Shown piece after piece: positions 59,042 to 64,000 of a stretch of 64,000 nucleotides of DNA. The position numbers were made by a program, and so were the translations under genes. Position 1 is the first letter of the stretch, and each line of letters starts with the position of its first letter. The notes beneath the pieces are model-generated. The model saw nothing but the letters and a program-made list of their open reading frames with translations. It was not told where the DNA came from and did no database searches. Source of the stretch: an uncultured candidate division Zixibacteria bacterium (lineage in GTDB: Bacteria; Zixibacteria; MSB-5A5; UBA10806); contig CAWFQL010000009.1 in NCBI GenBank assembly GCA_963817915.1, forward strand, positions 32,001 through 96,000. The letters run 5' to 3'.

Positions 59042-60648
59042 AGAAGGCGTTTCTAATTTGCCTTTTATTATTTTACGGCGTAACAGCGTTTGGCTTAACC
59101 ACTGAAGATTACATTTCGCAGCTTAATGCAATTTCGGGTACAAAGACGCTTCCTTATCTCAATCGGCCCACTACTCAGAGTTTGTGGCACACGCCCGACG
59201 GGATATTTGTCATTCATTATGACACCTCGGGGGTTAAGGCTGTATATGGCGCTGACATTGATATTTCACCAGTGGATGGAATTCCGGATTACGTGAATCG
59301 GACGGCAGAAATACTTCAAGAGTCATATAATGTTTATATTAATCAATTAGGCTTTGATCCGCCGCCATTTGACGGTATGGAAGGCGGAGATTCTCTTTAT
59401 GATGTTTATCTTACGGAAGTATCCGGCCTGACTTCTCCCGAAAATCCATCGACTCAGTATCCTGAAAGACCGGCTTACTCGTCATTTATGGAAATCGGCC
59501 ACGATCTTCGCGTTCCGCGCTATCATGATGATCCGATACCATTTCTAAAGGCATCCGTGTCGCATGAGTTATTTCATGCTATCGAATTTTCATATCGGGC
59601 ATATTCACGCGATATTTCCCCATGGTGGTTCGAAGCCTGCGCCAGTTGGGGAGAAGAAAAGGTTTATGATAATCTTAATGATGTTTATTATTCTCTCCAG
59701 TATTATTTGCCGGAGTTGCAGAGATCATTATATCGCACAGGGGGCCAGTTTGATTACGGGACATGGCTCTTGCCGGAGTATCTCGATGAAAGATTCGGCG
59801 CGGCGATCATCAAAGAATGCTGGCAAATGTTTGCTTCATTCGATTTTTCAGTTACGGCTATCGATAATGCGTTAATCCAGTATAATGGCAGTTTTAACGA
59901 TGAATTCGGCAAGCAGAGCGTCTGGAATTATTTTACATCTTCCAATTATATGCAGGGATTCTACGAGGAGGGTGCATCATTTCCCGTAACAGTACATGTT
60001 GGGCGCAGACATGATTTATATCCCGTTGAGTGGACAGTCGCTCCTGTGGATCAGGAGAATATTTCGGCAACTTATATCGAATTTGTAAGGCCGGAGCTAA
60101 GTCCGGGAATTTTACAGATTGACTATGATAATCCAACAACTGATAGACAGGCGGTTTGCCTGGTTGAAATCGGTCTGAATTCAACCGTCAGCTATACGAT
60201 TAACTTAATTCATAAAAATGGCCGGACTCGTCTTCGAGTCGATAATTTTGGTTATGACTCGAAAGTTATAATGATTCCACTCTGGCTTTTTGAAGGCACA
60301 ATGAAAGAAGGAACAACCACTTACGCATATCGGGCATTTATTGATAGCATGGCAACATCGACAGATTATGTCGAGAATCAGCCTATAAAATACTCTCTGG
60401 AAGGGGCATATCCGAATCCATTCAATAACGCGGTTTCGATATCTTTTTATTCGCCGCTGGAGGAAAGTTACAGGTTTAAAATCTATGATATTGTCGGCAG
60501 GTTGGTATATTCATCCGAGGGCATGGCGAATCAGGGGCCGACACAGATTAATTGGAAGGCAGACGAAAATATAAGCACGGGGACTCTCTTATATACCATA
60601 GAGACTTCATTTGGGAAATTGAACGGGAAGATGTTATTTTTGAAGTAG
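59038..60648 (+). CDS. Secreted putative zinc metalloprotease (HEXXH) with a T9SS-type C-terminal domain
   Basis: Signal peptide, DGIPDYV, SHELFHAIE, WWFEACA and AYPNPFNN...IYDIVGRLV...KMLFLK. Confidence 0.78.
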   Translation: MKKAFLICLLLFYGVTAFGLTTEDYISQLNAISGTKTLPYLNRPTTQSLWHTPDGIFVIHYDTSGVKAVYGADIDISPVDGIPDYVNRTAEILQESYNVYINQLGFDPPPFDGMEGGDSLYDVYLTEVSGLTSPENPSTQYPERPAYSSFMEIGHDLRVPRYHDDPIPFLKASVSHELFHAIEFSYRAYSRDISPWWFEACASWGEEKVYDNLNDVYYSLQYYLPELQRSLYRTGGQFDYGTWLLPEYLDERFGAAIIKECWQMFASFDFSVTAIDNALIQYNGSFNDEFGKQSVWNYFTSSNYMQGFYEEGASFPVTVHVGRRHDLYPVEWTVAPVDQENISATYIEFVRPELSPGILQIDYDNPTTDRQAVCLVEIGLNSTVSYTINLIHKNGRTRLRVDNFGYDSKVIMIPLWLFEGTMKEGTTTYAYRAFIDSMATSTDYVENQPIKYSLEGAYPNPFNNAVSISFYSPLEESYRFKIYDIVGRLVYSSEGMANQGPTQINWKADENISTGTLLYTIETSFGKLNGKMLFLK

Positions 60649-60657
60649 GAGATAGGT

Positions 60658-61320
60658 TTGGACAGTGAATTAAATATAAATGAATCTGTAACTGTAGAAA
60701 ACGAGCAGGAAAATTTAAAAGGACCATTTGAACAGGAATATTCTCTGGCTGTTGAGGCGTTGCTATTTGCTTCACCAATGCCGCTTTCAGATTCGCATCT
60801 GGCAAGGATAATAGGTATAGATAAAAAAAGAATCGCGGGCATCATAGAATTTCTGAATACGCAATATGTCGAATGGGGCAGATCATTTCGAATCGAGCAT
60901 TTTGGTGAAGGCTACCGGCTTTATTCAATTCCTGAATTCGATAAATATATCAGCCGCCTTGGCGATATACCTCGACCTGCAAGATTATCCAAAGCGGCGC
61001 TGGAAGTGCTCGCCTTAATTGCATACAAACAGCCTATGGTAAAATCCGATATCGATAAAATTCGAGGGATAGATTCATCAGGAGTTATCAGGACATTGGT
61101 TGAACGGGGGCTTGTGATTATCAGCGGCCGATCCGATGCCCCGGGACGTCCGCTCTTGTATAAGACGACGCCTGAATTTCTCGAGTTTTTCGGAATTTCC
61201 GATTTGGCCGAATTGCCTACGCCAGAATTGTCGGAAGAAGAAATGTTGGCTCCCAGAAATCTTACATTGGTACGCCCGCCGGAAAATACGGAATCCGATA
61301 GCAATTTAGATGAGGCTTAA
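60658..61320 (+). CDS. scpB: Segregation/condensation protein B
   Basis: VEALLFAS, LSKAALEVLALIAYKQP, IRGIDS and PGRPLLYKTTPEFLEFFG. Confidence 0.95.
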   Translation: MDSELNINESVTVENEQENLKGPFEQEYSLAVEALLFASPMPLSDSHLARIIGIDKKRIAGIIEFLNTQYVEWGRSFRIEHFGEGYRLYSIPEFDKYISRLGDIPRPARLSKAALEVLALIAYKQPMVKSDIDKIRGIDSSGVIRTLVERGLVIISGRSDAPGRPLLYKTTPEFLEFFGISDLAELPTPELSEEEMLAPRNLTLVRPPENTESDSNLDEA

Positions 61321-62029
61321 TAAATTTCTTGCCGGGGCTGGAGTAGCATCCCGAAGAGCAGCTGATATAATTATTCAGGAGGGCAGAATCGCTGTCAACG
61401 GCGAGATTGTCCAAAAATTGGGGACAGTCGTTGATGAGAATCTGGATAAGGTAACCCTCGACGGCAAGCCGTTAGAATTATCGACAGCATTCATATATCT
61501 CATGCTCAACAAACCAACCGGATATATCGTGACCAGCAAGGATGAGCGCAACAGGCCGATAATCCTCGATCTCATGGGTAAATATAAAAGCTTGGTGAAG
61601 CCGGTCGGAAGGCTCGATCTTGATTCCTCAGGGCTCTTGATTCTGACCAACGATGGCGAATTCGCGTTTCGATTGTCTCATCCCCGCTATGAGATTGAAA
61701 AGACATATCTCGTAAAATGCGAAGGACTATTGACCGACGGCAATAAAATGACCCTCGAAGCGGGGATAGAATTGGACGATGGCCCGACAGCGCCTGCCAA
61801 AATAAAATTGATTTCGCGCAACGACAATTACAGCCGTTTCGAAATCACGATTCACGAGGGAAGAAAACGGCAGGTAAGGCGGATGTGTAAGGAAGTTGAT
61901 AATGACGTGCTGACGTTGCGGAGGGTATCGATAGGTCCACTTAAATTAGGCGATCTTGAGCAAGGTACATTCAGACGTTTGAAGGATGATGAATTGACCG
62001 CCCTGAAAAAAGCGGTAAAGATGCTATGA
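61310..62029 (+). CDS. rluB: 23S rRNA pseudouridine synthase (RluB/RsuA family)
   Basis: MRLNKFLA..GVASRR, LNKPTG, VGRLDLDSSGLL and EGRKRQVRRM; follows scpB. Confidence 0.88.
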   Translation: MRLNKFLAGAGVASRRAADIIIQEGRIAVNGEIVQKLGTVVDENLDKVTLDGKPLELSTAFIYLMLNKPTGYIVTSKDERNRPIILDLMGKYKSLVKPVGRLDLDSSGLLILTNDGEFAFRLSHPRYEIEKTYLVKCEGLLTDGNKMTLEAGIELDDGPTAPAKIKLISRNDNYSRFEITIHEGRKRQVRRMCKEVDNDVLTLRRVSIGPLKLGDLEQGTFRRLKDDELTALKKAVKML

Positions 62030-62703
62030 AATATAAAGTCATAGCTATTGATGGACCGGCAGGCTCCGGCAAAAGCACAACCGCCAAAATTCTCGCGACG
62101 AAATTAGGCTATACATATCTCGACACCGGCGCGATGTATCGAACTATTACTCTGGCGGCGCTGGAAAATAAAATTGACCTCTCGGATGAATCCAATATCT
62201 GCAAACTGGCGGAAAAAGTAAAATTCGATATAATCTCGGGTAATGATGGAGATAAAATAATTCTCGATGGGCGTGATGTGACAGCCGCAATCCGCACTCC
62301 TAAGGTCGACTCCAGCGTTTCGCTGGTGTCATCATACAAAAAAGTGCGTGAGCGAATGGTGACCTGGCAGCGAAAATATTCGAAGCAGGGGAATGTGATT
62401 GCCGAAGGAAGAGATATCGGAACAGTCGTATTCCCCGATGCCGATCTCAAAATTTATCTCACCGCCGACCTAAATACCCGCGCCGTGCGCAGATGCCGTC
62501 AATTGGAGGGAGCTGGCATTGTCTCGAATTTCGATGAGCAGGCGTCGGCATTATCATCCCGTGATTTATTCGATTCGGGACGTGAAAATTCGCCGTTGAA
62601 AAAAGCCGACGACGCAATCGAGTTCGATACGACCGACATGTCGATCAATGAACAAGTCGATAAAATATACGATTTGATCTGCCAAAAATTAGGCATCGTA
62701 TGA
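62026..62703 (+). CDS. cmk: Cytidylate kinase
   Basis: IAIDGPAGSGKST, YLDTGAMYR and EGRDIGTVVFPDA. Confidence 0.96.
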   Translation: MKYKVIAIDGPAGSGKSTTAKILATKLGYTYLDTGAMYRTITLAALENKIDLSDESNICKLAEKVKFDIISGNDGDKIILDGRDVTAAIRTPKVDSSVSLVSSYKKVRERMVTWQRKYSKQGNVIAEGRDIGTVVFPDADLKIYLTADLNTRAVRRCRQLEGAGIVSNFDEQASALSSRDLFDSGRENSPLKKADDAIEFDTTDMSINEQVDKIYDLICQKLGIV

Positions 62704-63314
62704 ACCCCCTATATAGACTTTTCTGGATAATCCTTCGGATTTACCTTAAACTCTTTTGCAGGCTTAAGATTATCGGCAGTGAGAATATCCCCAAAACCGG
62801 TGGAATTATAGTCGCCTCTAATCATATTTCAGCGGCAGACCCGCCATTCGTGGGTTCATGCATAAACCGTCCCATGTTTTTTATGGCAAAGAAAGAGCTA
62901 TTCAAAAATTTCTTTTTCGGTCGGCTAATAACCGCTGTGAATGCATTTCCGGTCAACAGGGGAATATTTGACCGCGAGGCGCTCCAAAAATCTGAAGAAG
63001 TATTAACCAAAGGCTATGGTTTGATAATGTTTCCTGAGGGCACCAGGAGCAAGACGGGTGAGCTTGGCGAGGTAAAACCGGGAATCGGCCTTCTATCGAG
63101 AAAAGCAGTTGTGCCAATTATCCCTGCCTATATTCAAAATTCTAATGGTTTCTGGAAATTGATTTTTAAAGGAAAAAGGATCACTGTCCAATTCGGTTCC
63201 GCCATAGACGCTCAATGGATACGATCAATTCCCGACACCAAAGACGGATACCGAAATATCGCCGATGAGGTAATAAATCGGATAAGGGTATTGAAAGACG
63301 CGACTGAACGTTGA
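62700..63314 (+). CDS. plsC: 1-acyl-sn-glycerol-3-phosphate acyltransferase
   Basis: SNHISAADP (HxxxxD), MAKKELF and FPEGTRS. Confidence 0.9.
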   Translation: MNPLYRLFWIILRIYLKLFCRLKIIGSENIPKTGGIIVASNHISAADPPFVGSCINRPMFFMAKKELFKNFFFGRLITAVNAFPVNRGIFDREALQKSEEVLTKGYGLIMFPEGTRSKTGELGEVKPGIGLLSRKAVVPIIPAYIQNSNGFWKLIFKGKRITVQFGSAIDAQWIRSIPDTKDGYRNIADEVINRIRVLKDATER

Positions 63315-63448
63315 TTTATCCTTCCCAGCCATTAAAATTATATTGCATATTGAGTTGAATACCATATATTGATTAGCTTAAATCTCCCGATACTATGTAG
63401 ACGGGAGTGCCCTTTGGGGTTATAGTCTTTTAGGAGGTCAATAAAATA

Positions 63449-64000
63449 ATGCCAGCCAAAAAAGCTGAAAGTGCAAGTGCAGCAAAGAAAAAAGCCAAGA
63501 CGGGAGGTAGTGCTAAGAGCAAGACAGCTAAAGCCAAAGCAGAATCGCGTCAAAGAGCAACTGTTAAGAAGGAATCCAAGGTAGCGGAAAAGGGGAAAGA
63601 GACTTTAGAATTAATCAAAAAGACTCGTTCCAAAGCCCCTCGACAAAAAGCTAAAAAAGCCGATGTCGAAACAGCGTTATCCGCCGAAGACATCGAGACC
63701 CAGGAATACACCACCGATGAATTCGAAAAGATGATGGCGATGTACGACGGTACTCTCCAGGATATCAAAGAGGGTGAAGTCGTAGCAGGTACTGTCCTCG
63801 GTGTCACCAGAGATGATATCATTGTTGATGTCGGATTTAAATCGGAAGGTATAATTCCGATCGCTGAATTTTCCGGTCAGGTCAATGTTAAAGTTGGCGA
63901 TAAGATCGATGTCTACCTTGAGGCTATTGAAGATAGCGATGGTCAGTTGGTTCTTTCAAAACAAAAAGCCGATTTCATGCGAGTTTGGGATAATATCAAG
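63449..64000 (+). CDS. rpsA: 30S ribosomal protein S1 (3' end outside window) with a basic N-terminal extension; not in ORF track
   Basis: AGGAGG RBS and ATG 63449; open frame MPAKKAESASAAKKKAK...IKEGEVVAGTV...VDVGFKSEGIIP...LVLSKQKADFMRVW; cmk-plsC-rpsA synteny. Confidence 0.93.
   Translation, partial: MPAKKAESASAAKKKAKTGGSAKSKTAKAKAESRQRATVKKESKVAEKGKETLELIKKTRSKAPRQKAKKADVETALSAEDIETQEYTTDEFEKMMAMYDGTLQDIKEGEVVAGTVLGVTRDDIIVDVGFKSEGIIPIAEFSGQVNVKVGDKIDVYLEAIEDSDGQLVLSKQKADFMRVWDNIK

Noticed and set aside
342..63822. Many short antisense or alternate-frame ORFs in the track (e.g. 34043-34606, 27351-27794, 63550-63822)
   Set aside because: They overlap well-supported genes and show no motifs; treated as shadow ORFs.
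1..64000. CRISPR array, rRNA, IS transposase, prophage
   Set aside because: No regularly spaced repeat-spacer units and no such genes were recognised by eye.

Overview
A chromosomal segment from a diderm bacterium. The Cys-containing dockerins (GDANxxxxxNGLDVTYxVNYF), T9SS/FlgD-type C-terminal domains and PorV barrel suggest the FCB group, most likely Zixibacteria (inference, no search run). Left part: partial lipA, a REC-GAF-HD-GYP regulator, a repeat-rich secreted protein, an OPA-family MFS transporter and a divergent HAD/kinase pair. Next comes a ~16 kb envelope locus (9185-25307): two dockerin-tagged surface proteins carrying five YhcR/ExeM-like OB-fold modules, a CTD protein, two lipoproteins, a TonB-dependent receptor and PorV. 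Middle: an FN3-dockerin protein, FapA, tRNA-His, a lipoprotein/beta-barrel/M6 protease operon with a sigma54-type promoter, an ECF sigma with an anti-sigma-TonB fusion, a CoA activase and a System I* ccmABCDEF cluster. Right part is mostly housekeeping: lepB, efp, rnhC, amrS, a CtpA-like protease, moeA-like, trpS-scpA-(protease)-scpB-rluB-cmk-plsC-rpsA. Highlights: a candidate nucleic-acid capture/uptake locus; a 242-bp intergenic element predicted to fold as a linker-free four-way junction; a cluster of REP/RPE-like elements; EF-P with a TAQRR loop instead of PGKG; MoeA with degenerate catalytic motifs; S1 with a Lys/Ala-rich N-terminal extension. Six genes are broken by small indels, mostly single extra bases, that look like sequencing or assembly errors. 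No CRISPR array, rRNA, transposase or prophage was seen.
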